Shown here piece after piece: positions 9,483 to 18,258 of a stretch of DNA of 64,000 bases. Positions within the stretch are counted from its first letter, which is position 1, and every line of letters begins with the position of its first letter. The stretch is from Bacteriovoracaceae bacterium (GTDB lineage: Bacteria > Bdellovibrionota > Bacteriovoracia > Bacteriovoracales > Bacteriovoracaceae). Under the pieces are notes generated by a model. The model was not told the DNA's origin and did not search any database. It saw only the letters and a list, made by a program, of their open reading frames with translations. A program made the position numbers and the translations under genes. The stretch is from NCBI GenBank assembly GCA_947446575.1, contig CANFHC010000007.1, positions 65,763-129,762 of the forward strand. The letters run 5' to 3'.

Positions 9483-10794
9483 GCACACTGAGTGTTTCTC
9501 GATTTCCCAGCATCGCTTTTAAAGTATTAGGACTGATTTCTAAAAGTTTGGAAGCTCTCGTAATATTTTTATCCGATTTATTAAAAATACTTAGGCAATA
9601 ATCCATTTTAACTTGTTCCAGAGATTTCAATTGGTGATTTTCTAAATTTGTAGCATGCCCCATATCCTCTAATAAAGAATAGTCCGATTTGTCCAAAATT
9701 ATTTTTTTACCACCCGATAAAATTTTTTTCTTCTTTAAATGTGATAGCAGCTGCCTGATATTTCCAGGCCATGAACACTCAGTATAGAACTGTAAAAGCT
9801 CCTCTGAAATCACACAAAAATTATTTTTTTCAAACTCCAAACAAAAATCTCTAATTTTATCAGGTTTATCTCTCAAACTATCTAGACTCACAACAATACC
9901 AGAAGTAAGTCGGTAATAAAAATCTCTGCGCATTTTTTCTTCTGCTATTAGTTTTTTCATTTTTGTACCAGAAGCAAATAGGATACGAACATCTGCCTTC
10001 TGCGCATTACTTCCACCAACTGCGCGCACTTCATGATTATCTAAAAACAAAAGGAGTTTTGTTTGCAGTTCAATGCTTAATGAATCGATCTCATCTAAAA
10101 ACAGAGTTCCTTTATTTGCTTCGAGAATAGCTCCTTTTTTTTCAACAATTGCTCCAGTAAAAGCTCCTTTGACGTGTCCAAATAGTTCCGATTCGATAAG
10201 CCCTGGAGAAAAAGAAGAAAGGTTCAAATGAATAAATTTTCCGATGCGGTTACTTTCTTCATGAATTGCTTTTGCCAACGTGGTTTTCCCAGTACCCGTT
10301 TCTCCTTCGATCATAATATTAAGTGGACTACGGATCATATCAGTGGAGATGAGGTTTTCTTCTGTGCTTAATTTCAAATGAGTATGTGGGCGTAAAAAAT
10401 GAATGCTATTAAATCCAATATCTACAACGTCTCCTCTTTCAATAAAAGCTTCAAAGCTATGCACTCCGTTTAACCTGAAAGGAAATTTCCCTAAACTTCG
10501 AAGTAAAAACCGCGATTTTTCGTCGAAGTCATGAGACGTCGTGTTTTTGATGAGCTGTAATTCATATTCGTGAAACTCTTTATCAAAAACAGGTAAATGA
10601 ATTTCGCCTGTAGTACCATCAAAAGAAAAGCTCAAGGCTGTCCGGATGTGATACTTAAATCGCTTTAGTCGCAAAGTCCGTTTTCTTTCTTGAAAGATAT
10701 CTAGTGTAAATTCATCATCTTCCCGCACTCCTCTTAAACCAATACTGCTCTCCAATGAGTGTGTAATTAAACGATCTAAATTTCTTTCTCCCAT
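9469..10794 (-). CDS. σ54-dependent transcriptional activator (enhancer-binding protein) with an N-terminal FHA-like region and a C-terminal HTH
   Basis: The AAA+ σ54-interaction domain is marked by GETGTGKTTLAKAIH with a Walker A motif and ...ESELFGH..GAFTGA (the GAFTGA motif). The C-terminus carries a Fis-type helix-turn-helix. Confidence 0.85.
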   Translation of the reverse strand: MGERNLDRLITHSLESSIGLRGVREDDEFTLDIFQERKRTLRLKRFKYHIRTALSFSFDGTTGEIHLPVFDKEFHEYELQLIKNTTSHDFDEKSRFLLRSLGKFPFRLNGVHSFEAFIERGDVVDIGFNSIHFLRPHTHLKLSTEENLISTDMIRSPLNIMIEGETGTGKTTLAKAIHEESNRIGKFIHLNLSSFSPGLIESELFGHVKGAFTGAIVEKKGAILEANKGTLFLDEIDSLSIELQTKLLLFLDNHEVRAVGGSNAQKADVRILFASGTKMKKLIAEEKMRRDFYYRLTSGIVVSLDSLRDKPDKIRDFCLEFEKNNFCVISEELLQFYTECSWPGNIRQLLSHLKKKKILSGGKKIILDKSDYSLLEDMGHATNLENHQLKSLEQVKMDYCLSIFNKSDKNITRASKLLEISPNTLKAMLGNRETLSVLKRP

Positions 10795-10835
10795 GATTCT
10801 CCCCTCTTAAAAATTAAGCTGCGCATAGATTTCTA

Positions 10836-10853
10836 TTGCTCAACTTGTGCCAA
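10836..10853 (-). promoter_or_regulatory. Candidate σ54 (-24/-12) promoter TGGCAC-N5-gaGCa upstream of the σ54-activator gene
   Basis: The minus-strand sequence ttggcacaagttgagcaa has the GG and GC elements 12 nt apart, about 45 bp upstream of the start at 10794. The -12 element is imperfect (GAGCA instead of TTGCA). Confidence 0.3.
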
Positions 10854-10922
10854 AGAGTTTGAGTGCAAAATCAAGTAGAATAGATTAAGATGGGTCCTAT
10901 AAATTAACTTGGGTCTACAATC

Positions 10923-11621
10923 ATGAGCTATCTAATCAAACCACATACTGCTGAATTCAAAATGGGAATTTCAGATCCCGCACAATTTGAGGAATGGCTT
11001 TCCAATCATCCAGACATTATTGGAGTGAGTTTTGTTGGAAGATCAAATGTTGGTAAATCAAGTATTATAAATGCACTTTTTGGATCTAAAACGGCTCGCG
11101 TTTCTAAAACTCCAGGACGCACAAGAGAAATAAATATTTTCGAATTTGAACTTGGACTCAATGGAAAAAAATGTGATCTTCCAAAATTTTTTCTAATCGA
11201 TCTTCCAGGTTATGGTCACGCGGAAGTTTCAAAAGAAATGTCAAAAAATTGGGATCAATTGATGGGATCGTTTTTCTCTCATCTTTCAGCAGGAATGCTT
11301 TTAGTCAATTTGCAAGATGCTCGTCACCCCAATCAAGAATCAGACAAAGGTTTTCACAAATTTTTAAAAACGTTTACTCGCAATGCGATTTTAGTTTTTA
11401 ATAAAATGGATAAATTAAAAACTCAAAAAGAGCGCGCGGAATTAGAAAAATTAAAGCCAGCACTTTCAAAAGAATATAAATGGATTCGCCAAATGTATTT
11501 TGCTTCGGCAGAAACTAAAAAAGGTCTTCCACAAGTTGAAGAAGCAATCGTGGCACATTTATTAGAAGAATTAGAAATCAGAAAAACAGATCGAGTTGAA
11601 CTAGATGATGATGAGGCTTAA
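10923..11621 (+). CDS. engB: Ribosome-biogenesis GTPase EngB/YihA
   Basis: The G1 motif GRSNVGKSSIIN, a DLPGYG G3 motif and NKMDK G4 motif are present. Confidence 0.85.
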   Translation: MSYLIKPHTAEFKMGISDPAQFEEWLSNHPDIIGVSFVGRSNVGKSSIINALFGSKTARVSKTPGRTREINIFEFELGLNGKKCDLPKFFLIDLPGYGHAEVSKEMSKNWDQLMGSFFSHLSAGMLLVNLQDARHPNQESDKGFHKFLKTFTRNAILVFNKMDKLKTQKERAELEKLKPALSKEYKWIRQMYFASAETKKGLPQVEEAIVAHLLEELEIRKTDRVELDDDEA

Positions 11622-11977
11622 TCCTTTTTCTTTTCACTATCATCTGGCGGAGCTTGAAGCGCAATATCTTGAGGTCCTTTAGGACCAGCTGAGAATTTTA
11701 TTTTATAAACTTGGCGTTCAATTTCTTCAAGATCTTTTCGACAAGCCTTTACTGTATGAAGCAGAGTTCGCACTTTGGCAGAATCCCACTCCACCTCACC
11801 AGACTCAATGCCCTTTTCCAATAGGCGGCCCAATTCTTCGTAGGTATCTTTCAAATGTGCGTTGGTTCGAGATGCAGTGAGCATCTTTTTTCCAATAACA
11901 CTTGTTTTCATAACTTCTTGGTGAAAGCTAAAAAAGAATCGATTTAATTTCGCTTTCCAATTTGAATTATTTTTCAT
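11618..11977 (-). CDS. Hypothetical protein (basic and coiled-coil-rich)
   Basis: The 119 aa ORF is convergent with engB. I recognise no family. Confidence 0.4.
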   Translation of the reverse strand: MKNNSNWKAKLNRFFFSFHQEVMKTSVIGKKMLTASRTNAHLKDTYEELGRLLEKGIESGEVEWDSAKVRTLLHTVKACRKDLEEIERQVYKIKFSAGPKGPQDIALQAPPDDSEKKKD

Positions 11978-12089
11978 CGATCCTTAGTATACACAAATGC
12001 ATCTAATCTTGTGAAGATTGAATATTTTGGTAACATTGTATGAGTAAAGTCAGTTAATGGAATTTAGCGACCAAGAGAAATAGTACGGT

Positions 12090-12893
12090 ATGTTTAAAAA
12101 ATTTGAAGAGATAGAAAAGAAATTACAAAATCGCTACAGTGAACAAAGAGATCCTTGGGGACTTGAGCCCAAAAGAGCACTCGCAGATATAAAAGTGCTC
12201 TGGCCATTTTATAAGTACTATTTCGACGTTCAATTGCACGGCAAGGAATATGTGAAGGACCATCCTTACATGGTTGTCTCCAATCATACTGGTCAAATTC
12301 CCATTGACGGGATGCTAATATGCACAGCATTTGCTACAGAGCTAGAATCCCCACGCATTCTGCGCCCGCTAGTTGAAAGATTTTTAACCTCACTTCCCTT
12401 TTTAGGTCGCTGGTCAAGCGAAGGCGGAGCCGTTTTAGGTGACAGACACAATTGCCTCAACCTACTTAAGCGTGGCGAGTCAGTTTTAATTTTTCCTGAA
12501 GGTGTAAAAGGAATCGCGAAAAACACTAAAGATTATTATAAACTACAAAAGTTTACCCGTGGCTTTTTGAGAATGGCGATTGCTAGCGACGCTGAAATTC
12601 TTCCGATTGCAGTGGTGGGAGCTGAAGAATTTTTTCCTTACGTATTACAGATGAAGAAGCTGGCTAAATTTTTAAAAATTCCAGCTCTTCCACTAACAGC
12701 CAATTTATTTCCTCTACCTTCTCCGATTGATATTTATATTGGTGAACCATACTCTTTGCCAAAAGATTTAAGTCCGGAAGCTTTGGATGATGAATTGGAA
12801 TTGCATCTGATTATCATTGAGAAAAAAATTCAAGAGCTCACAGAATTTGGTTTAAAAAATCGCCGGACTATAATGCAGAGATTGAAATCATGA
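12090..12893 (+). CDS. Lysophospholipid/glycerolipid acyltransferase (PlsC/LPLAT family)
   Basis: The HX4D motif (VVSNHTGQIPIDG) and an FPEG motif (IFPEGVKG) are present. Confidence 0.75.
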   Translation: MFKKFEEIEKKLQNRYSEQRDPWGLEPKRALADIKVLWPFYKYYFDVQLHGKEYVKDHPYMVVSNHTGQIPIDGMLICTAFATELESPRILRPLVERFLTSLPFLGRWSSEGGAVLGDRHNCLNLLKRGESVLIFPEGVKGIAKNTKDYYKLQKFTRGFLRMAIASDAEILPIAVVGAEEFFPYVLQMKKLAKFLKIPALPLTANLFPLPSPIDIYIGEPYSLPKDLSPEALDDELELHLIIIEKKIQELTEFGLKNRRTIMQRLKS

Positions 12894-13849
12894 ATGAACG
12901 TACAAAATTAAAATCTGTTTTGATCATTGGTATCCAGGGTGCATTAGCTAAAATCACTGCTGAAATTTTGATAAAAAAACATCCTGAAATAAAAATTCAC
13001 GGAGTTGATTCACGAGAAATTGATCAAGTTCCCAATCGCACTCAACTCACGACTCAACAATTAAAGTACACGCGAACTAATTTTGAAAAAATGTTTCGTG
13101 AACATCACTTCGATACAATTTTGCACTTAGGTCGTTTAGGCCACTCACCTGCATTGGGAAATATTCATAAACGCATCGATATTAATTTAGTAGGAACCAA
13201 TACAATTTTAGAGCTCGCTCATAAATTTAATTGCAAAAAAGTTGTAATCCTCTCTACACATCACGTTTATGGCGCTCACTCTGATAATTCGATGTTTCTA
13301 AAAGAAGATGCTCCCTTGCGCGGAAGTTTTAAATACGCCGAACTTCGTGACGTGGTTGAAATGGATCAAATGTGTACGAACTGGATGTGGAAAAACCAAA
13401 ATCAAATCGATACTGTGGTTCTTCGCCCTTGCAATATCATCGGCCCACAAATAAAAAATTCGATCACCCAGTATTTAAAAACTCCATATGCTCCACTCCC
13501 GATTGACTACAATCCAATGTTTCAATTTGTGCACGAATTTGACATGGCCTCTATCATTGTCGGATCTGCTGAAGCTCTAAAAACCGGCATCTATAACGTG
13601 GCCGGTGACGATGTAATCAGTTTGCATGAAGCGGCCGGCATCATTGGAGTCAGAAAACTCAAAGTTCCCATAATTGTTGTAGAACAACTGGCAAAGATTA
13701 TGACGCCCATTTGGAAATTCCCCCATTACCTCATCGATTACTTAAAATTTCCGTCAACACTCGACAATAGCGAACTAAAGAAAAATCTTGGAGGCGATAT
13801 CTTCAGATTTAGCGCAAAAGAGGCCCTAGAACTCCTTAAATTGCATTGA
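12890..13849 (+). CDS. NAD(P)-dependent epimerase/dehydratase-family (extended SDR) protein
   Basis: The N-terminal Rossmann-like region (VLIIGIQGALAKI...) and the roughly 320 aa length fit the family. It overlaps the acyltransferase gene by 4 bp, consistent with one operon. Confidence 0.55.
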   Translation: MNERTKLKSVLIIGIQGALAKITAEILIKKHPEIKIHGVDSREIDQVPNRTQLTTQQLKYTRTNFEKMFREHHFDTILHLGRLGHSPALGNIHKRIDINLVGTNTILELAHKFNCKKVVILSTHHVYGAHSDNSMFLKEDAPLRGSFKYAELRDVVEMDQMCTNWMWKNQNQIDTVVLRPCNIIGPQIKNSITQYLKTPYAPLPIDYNPMFQFVHEFDMASIIVGSAEALKTGIYNVAGDDVISLHEAAGIIGVRKLKVPIIVVEQLAKIMTPIWKFPHYLIDYLKFPSTLDNSELKKNLGGDIFRFSAKEALELLKLH

Positions 13850-13889
13850 CAAAAAAGGAGCCTCTCTCTTAGTATAAATATCTCACAAT

Positions 13890-13975
13890 GCCTTGGTGGT
13901 GGAATGGTAGACGCAGCGGATTCAAAATCCGCCGTTCGAAAGGATGTGCGAGTTCGAGTCTCGCCCGAGGCACCA
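13890..13975 (+). tRNA. tRNA-Leu (anticodon CAA), type II with a long variable arm, CCA encoded
   Basis: I folded it by hand. The acceptor stem gccttgg pairs with ccgaggc. The anticodon stem gcgga and tccgc flanks the loop tt-CAA-aa. The variable arm is 18 nt, the T arm is gcgag-ttcgagt-ctcgc, and the 3' end is a-CCA. Confidence 0.85.
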
Positions 13976-13995
13976 TCTATACGTATAGTGTAACC
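13966..13995 (+). repeat. att-type direct repeat, copy 1 (3' end of tRNA-Leu plus flank: cgaggcaccatctatacgtatagtgtaacc)
   Basis: About 26 of 30 nt recur at 14137-14167 and 20605-20634. Confidence 0.7.
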
Positions 13996-14112
13996 TAAGC
14001 TAAAATCAATTATAATATTTTGAATCAGGACATATAGATGACAAAGTTTAACGGGCAATGGAATGGGCCTGACGTTTTTACTAGCTGTAATCAAGTTCCA
14101 TGAAAATTGATA

Positions 14113-14167
14113 TCTCAGTTCGATATTCGTCAACTACGGTGCACCATCTATGCGTATAGTGTAAACT
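14113..14167 (+). repeat. Composite att-like repeat: a degenerate tRNA T-arm/acceptor 3'-half copy (tctcagttcgatattcgtcaactacggtgcacca) fused to copy 2 of the tRNA 3'-end repeat
   Basis: The first 34 nt recur nearly identically at 16230-16263 and 21990-22022. The following 31 nt match the tRNA-Leu 3' end and flank. Confidence 0.7.
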
Positions 14168-14300
14168 CCGCTATTACTTCAAATCATGCTTGATCTAAAA
14201 ATATTTAAAGAAATCTCTATTGTGAGTTAACGAAAGATCAATTCTCAACGATTAGTTGAGGCAGGTATTCAATTTAATAATTAAAACTATGCGAACATAA

Positions 14301-14789
14301 TTAAAATTCAACAAACAATCCCTCAACTTGCCCAAGATTGTTTATTCTTACTTTTCTTCCAAGACCACAATCAAGATAATTTTTTTTCAACACAAAGGGC
14401 CGAGATGAATCTATCTCTACTTTCTTAATACAGTTATTTCCCCAATACTTGGAAATTTGATCGATTGAAAAATTCTCTTCATTAGAAAAATTTGGAAAAA
14501 AACTTATCGCTTTTAACTGTTCATCTTTAATACCAATAGACCAACTTTGATGATTAGTATTTTTGTCTTTGTAAATTAAGTATATATGCTTTGATTTGAC
14601 ATCGTTATAAACTTCAGTTGGATTTCCTAGAATTTGAACAATTTTCTCTCTACTCCATTTTTCATTTTGCATACTTAGCAAATATTTCCATTCTCGATCA
14701 ACATTATCAGTTAAATTTTCATTTTTGGTCACAAGAGAACAAGAAAGAGTTGTGAGCAAGAAACCGATTAAATAGAACTTTTTTTTCAT
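14301..14789 (-). CDS. Lipoprotein, copy 1 (intact), partner of the upstream HExxH protein; candidate cognate inhibitor or immunity protein
   Basis: The lipobox is TLSC|S. It has conserved W...SIGI...FFPN.SN...YWGNNC...LDCG.GRKV..NNL motifs shared with 18510..19031 and the 16329..16808 pseudogene. Its ATGA start overlaps the upstream gene by 4 bp. Confidence 0.6.
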   Translation of the reverse strand: MKKKFYLIGFLLTTLSCSLVTKNENLTDNVDREWKYLLSMQNEKWSREKIVQILGNPTEVYNDVKSKHIYLIYKDKNTNHQSWSIGIKDEQLKAISFFPNFSNEENFSIDQISKYWGNNCIKKVEIDSSRPFVLKKNYLDCGLGRKVRINNLGQVEGLFVEF

Positions 14790-15496
14790 CTTATAATTCC
14801 TAAAAGCGAACGGAGATAATTCATAATTTCTTTATCAATGACTTTGGAATGATTTTTATCACTAATTAAATGTTCTACATTGTTTGCAAAATCTTCTTCG
14901 GGACTTAATTTACCATCAGGTTCAGAAAATTGCGTTCGAGGTGTGTGGAAAACATCTTTTTCAATTTCATTCCACTTTGAAATAGATCGGTAATCTTCTT
15001 TTTCATTTTTATCCAGATGTGAATAAAGAACATGGGCCATCTCATGAGCAAGAGCTCTCTTCAGTCCAAATTTAAATACACTGTCGTATAACACAATTAT
15101 TGAATCATCTGGACCTGACGAAGAATGGTTGTCTGGGAAAGCTGACTTCACTGCCCTAAAAATTCTTATTTCACCAAGATCTTTTAATGTTTTTGGAAGT
15201 GAATTAATTGCGCTCTCAATTTCTTTTTTTTCGTTTTCAGATGAGGACTTAAAAATTTCTAATTGAAAAGGCCATCCCCTTGGCATTGTATCTTTAAAAA
15301 CTAATTTGAGTGGATTAAAAAAATGATTAGTTCGGCAATGAGCTGAGACAGTTGTTTCTTTTACGAATGTGCCATCAGTTCTGTAGTAAGCATTGCGCTT
15401 ATAAGTATTTACAAAATACTGCCCGCTTGGACACTTTGAAGTTTCAGCACTCGAAATCTGAGCAAACAATATAAAAAATAAAAAAATGAACTTCAT
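14786..15496 (-). CDS. Secreted HExxH-motif putative zinc metallopeptidase, copy 1 (intact)
   Basis: It has a signal peptide and a conserved CP.GQ...C pair. The HExxH motif is ALAHEMAHVLY, and a conserved SPEEDFANNVEH lies about 45 aa downstream, a gluzincin-like spacing. It has two paralogues in the island. Confidence 0.6.
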   Translation of the reverse strand: MKFIFLFFILFAQISSAETSKCPSGQYFVNTYKRNAYYRTDGTFVKETTVSAHCRTNHFFNPLKLVFKDTMPRGWPFQLEIFKSSSENEKKEIESAINSLPKTLKDLGEIRIFRAVKSAFPDNHSSSGPDDSIIVLYDSVFKFGLKRALAHEMAHVLYSHLDKNEKEDYRSISKWNEIEKDVFHTPRTQFSEPDGKLSPEEDFANNVEHLISDKNHSKVIDKEIMNYLRSLLGIIR

Positions 15497-15626
15497 AATA
15501 TGATCATATAATTTTATACAGTTACGTCAACTGCTAATTCAAATTTGAAATAATCTATCATTTTCTTATCAAATTTATTTTTTTAATCTTCATCTCTCCT
15601 TATAAGTAAAATTTAAGGAGATTCAA

Positions 15627-16154
15627 ATGACAAAAATAGAAAATGAAATTTTCAAAATTAAAAATATGATTTACTTAATAAGAGATCATAAGGTAATGCT
15701 TGATAGCGACCTAGCTCTGCTTTATGGAGTCGAAACGAAAGTTCTTAATCAGCAGGTCAAAAGGAATTTAAAAAGATTTCCTCCCGATTTTATGTTTCAA
15801 CTCACAAGTGAAGAATTCAATATTTTAAAATCTCAAATTGCGTCTTCAAAATTTGGCAGCGGAGGAAAACAAAAACTCCCATTAGTCTTTACTGAAAATG
15901 GAGTAGCGATGTTATCTGGTATTCTTAACTCTGATCGAGCCATCAATGTAAATATCAGTATTATGAGAATTTTTACAAAGCTCCGAAGCTTTCATGCACT
16001 AGAAACTAACTTGTCTGGAGAAGTAAAAGAGTTAAAAGAAAATTCAAACAAACTATTCAAAGCCATTTTTGAAAGACTAGATTCTATAGAAGATGATCTA
16101 ATTCCCAAACTTCCTAACCAACGAAAAAAAATTGGTATTAACGCTAATGAATAA
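15627..16154 (+). CDS. ORF6N-domain protein (KilA-N/antirepressor-like DNA-binding domain family)
   Basis: The N-terminus (KVMLDSDLALLYGVETKVLNQQVKRNLKRFPPDFMFQLT) matches the ORF6N domain pattern. Its C-terminal half is duplicated at 21714..21959. Confidence 0.65.
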   Translation: MTKIENEIFKIKNMIYLIRDHKVMLDSDLALLYGVETKVLNQQVKRNLKRFPPDFMFQLTSEEFNILKSQIASSKFGSGGKQKLPLVFTENGVAMLSGILNSDRAINVNISIMRIFTKLRSFHALETNLSGEVKELKENSNKLFKAIFERLDSIEDDLIPKLPNQRKKIGINANE

Positions 16155-16202
16155 GTTTGAAGTCACAACTCATGTCCCTAAGTGTCTAAAACAATGAGCT
16201 TT

Positions 16203-16227
16203 TTGAAGTCACAAATTGTGACTTCAA
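16203..16227 (+). terminator. Perfect palindrome ttgaagtcaca-aat-tgtgacttcaa immediately downstream of the ORF6N gene, followed by att-like repeat A2
   Basis: It is an 11-bp inverted repeat. An analogous, sequence-unrelated palindrome (aaggttccaa-at-ttggaacctt) at 21965-21987 precedes repeat A3. Confidence 0.4.
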
Positions 16228-16229
16228 AA

Positions 16230-16263
16230 TCTCAGTTCGATATTCGTCAACTCCGGTGCACCA
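16230..16263 (+). repeat. att-like repeat A2 (tctcagttcgatattcgtcaactccggtgcacca)
   Basis: 33 of 34 nt are identical to 14113-14146. Confidence 0.7.
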
Positions 16264-16328
16264 AATATTTTAACTAACTAATTTCTTAAGTTTTCTAAAA
16301 AATACCACCGAAGGTATGCGAACCAGAA

Positions 16329-16808
16329 CTAATTCTTAAGAAGTAGATATTGAATTTCTTTTTTATTAAAATAGTAAACTTTTATCTTATTAGTACATTC
16401 AAACCAAAATTTATTTTCAATAAAATCTGGATGGACAACTTGTCCTTTAGAATCAGTACAGTTAAAATTTTTCCAGTGACTTTTTATCCCATCATAAGAA
16501 AATTCATTTAAGTCTTTCTCTTGTGGGATGAAGGAAAAGCTATTTACCTGATGATTTCCCTTATACATGATTGCAAAAGTTTGAAGTTGTGAATCTTGAT
16601 TCACTTAAATATTGGCACCATCACTTAATTGCTTTTTTGGTTTCCCCAAATTAAGTTCAATTTGTTCTCTTGTTAATTGATTAGAAATAATGCCATTAAT
16701 AATATCCCAAGAAGTGAGAGCTTTCATTGGTTTTTGCAAAGGCTTGGTGCCAGTAGTGCAAGAAAATATAAATAGAATTAATAAGAAAAGGCTATTTTTA
16801 TTTGTCAT
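16329..16808 (-). pseudogene. Lipoprotein, copy 2, interrupted by an in-frame TAA (16605-16607) directly followed by GTG
   Basis: The 67 aa piece (lipobox IFSC|T) and the 91 aa piece are contiguous in one frame. Their combined length and conserved Cys and Trp pattern match the intact copies. Confidence 0.55.
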
Positions 16809-16872
16809 TTTTTATCCCCAAAATATTTTTCAAACAATTTTCTATTGCTGGAGAGATCTTTTGTTTGTAATT

Positions 16873-17500
16873 TTAATTTGTTATTAAATGCTCTACATTG
16901 TTCGCAAAATCTTCTTCTGGACTTAAACGTCCATCTTCTTCAGATATAACTGCTCTTTGATTAATTACTTCACCTTTTGTATTTAACGCCCAATCGGCAT
17001 CGGAGAAATATTTTTCTTTATTACTTCGATCCAAATTTTTCCATAAAATATGTGACAGTTCATGCACGAGTACTTTTTTAAGGCCGTAAGACTCAGCCTT
17101 ATCATAGACTGTAATAATATTTTCTTCAGCAGCGGTAGTTGCTCCATTCTCTGGCCATTTTGACTGACTAGCTCTAAAGATTTTTAACTCTCCAATTTGC
17201 GTCAGAACGTTAGGGAGCGATTTTAAAATTAACTTTAATTCCTTTTTGTCTTTTGCAGTCCAGCGTTTAAATTTTTCTGTTTTGTTGGGCCAATTTAATG
17301 GCATTTCATTTTTAGGTGTCACCTTTGAAAGTATAGGGTCTCCAGGATTCTTTAACATTAGCAGCACTTACATATTTACCATCTTGTCGTGTGTAATCAC
17401 TTCTGTAGTGAGAAATGACACTGAATGCTCCATCAGGACATTCCTCAGCTAAAACTTTCCCACAAAGCACAAAAAATATTAAAAATATGATCAATCTCAT
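16873..17500 (-). pseudogene. HExxH putative metallopeptidase, copy 2, with a single-base frameshift near 17340-17365
   Basis: The N-terminal 62 aa fragment (signal peptide plus ECPDGAF...) and the 164 aa fragment (…VHELSHILW…SPEEDFANNVEHLI) align to copy 1 in two different frames. Confidence 0.55.
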
Positions 17501-17513
17501 CGTTTTTCTATTC

Positions 17514-17762
17514 TTAATTTACAAGTTTCCAAATTCTTTTTAAATCTTCGACCAAAAGCTCACTTAAAAAAGTAGTCATTGGTTTACTTGATCTCTTCGC
17601 TAATTCTTTAGCTATTTTTAAAATATCAGGAGTTAGTCTCATATTAACTTGCTCTGATTTTATCATCGGAACTTTCCTTTTCTTGGAAGCTTTTTCCATA
17701 ATTTCTTCAAAGTCATTTTTTGTTAAGTCATTTACAGATATTACTTTTTTATTTTTCTTCAT
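17514..17762 (-). CDS. Ribbon-helix-helix/BrnA-like antitoxin
   Basis: The 82 aa product reads ...VNMRLTPDILKIAKELAKRSSKPMTTFLSELLVEDLKR, an RHH-like pattern resembling the BrnA family. The upstream partner is degenerate. Confidence 0.4.
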   Translation of the reverse strand: MKKNKKVISVNDLTKNDFEEIMEKASKKRKVPMIKSEQVNMRLTPDILKIAKELAKRSSKPMTTFLSELLVEDLKRIWKLVN

Positions 17763-17866
17763 TTTTATTTCCTATTTTTTTGCCTTTTTAATTCTAAATG
17801 CATTAATAACACCAATTATCTCCAGATGATTTCCTTCAAAAAGCCATATTAAGCGATAGTATTTAT
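17759..17866 (-). pseudogene. Short ORF (MKKKNKYYRLIWLFEGNHLEIIGVINAFRIKKAKK*) resembling only the C-terminal end of BrnT/DUF497 toxins; truncated toxin remnant
   Basis: It is immediately upstream of, and overlapping, the BrnA-like gene. Its ...IIGVINAFRIKK ending resembles the ...IRIISARKATKKE ending of BrnT. The N-terminal two thirds are missing. Confidence 0.3.
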
Positions 17867-18178
17867 TTTTTTTTCTTCATTTTGTAATTGAATGTCTGAT
17901 ACATAGTATTCAGTGCCTTTTGAGGTCGAGTCTGCTGAGAAGGTTTTTTCATCAAGAGCTAAAATGAGTTGTAAAATGATCACATCGTTAATAGATTCAG
18001 CATGATTTTCTTTGTAATGTTGGCCTATAATCACTCCAGTGATTATATGATCATTTACAGTAATTGGCGCTTTTAAGATAATTAATGCAGATTTTTTCAT
18101 GCTATACATATCATAGCATAAGTACTTATAAATGTATATGTTTGCAGATAAATTGCTATACGCTAAAGTGTTAAACAA
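17849..18178 (-). CDS. Hypothetical ORF (109 aa), possibly non-coding or the frame-shifted N-terminal part of the BrnT-like remnant
   Basis: It is ORF-only evidence in an AT-rich region with no recognisable motif. Confidence 0.2.
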   Translation of the reverse strand: MFNTLAYSNLSANIYIYKYLCYDMYSMKKSALIILKAPITVNDHIITGVIIGQHYKENHAESINDVIILQLILALDEKTFSADSTSKGTEYYVSDIQLQNEEKKINTIA

Positions 18179-18258
18179 TTACTGAATAAATTCAACTTGT
18201 TGGTAATAGTCTGCAGAAACATTTGGAGTTCTTGAAATCTCTTTGAATTTCAAAAATT

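Noticed and set aside
13738-14133. A 131-aa minus-strand ORF spanning the tRNA-Leu gene and att repeats
   Set aside because: It lies antisense to a well-folded tRNA and to repeat DNA and has no start context. The sequence is far better explained as tRNA plus non-coding scar.
14113-14146. The possibility that the 34-bp 'A' element is itself a functional tRNA gene
   Set aside because: It contains only a T-loop-like agttcga and an acceptor-like …gcacca. The preceding palindromes differ between copies, and no D or anticodon arm can be folded. It is better explained as a tRNA 3'-half copy brought in as an att site.
14168-14300. Possible promoter or coding sequence in the AT-rich spacer between att copy 2 and the first lipoprotein gene
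   Set aside because: This spacer lies at the 3' (downstream) end of the minus-strand module, and it contains no ORF.
16155-16212. A 12-bp direct repeat (tttgaagtcaca ×2) downstream of the ORF6N gene
   Set aside because: The second copy is simply the left arm of the perfect palindrome at 16203-16227. The first copy is probably a partial duplication of it and is too short to be an independent signal.
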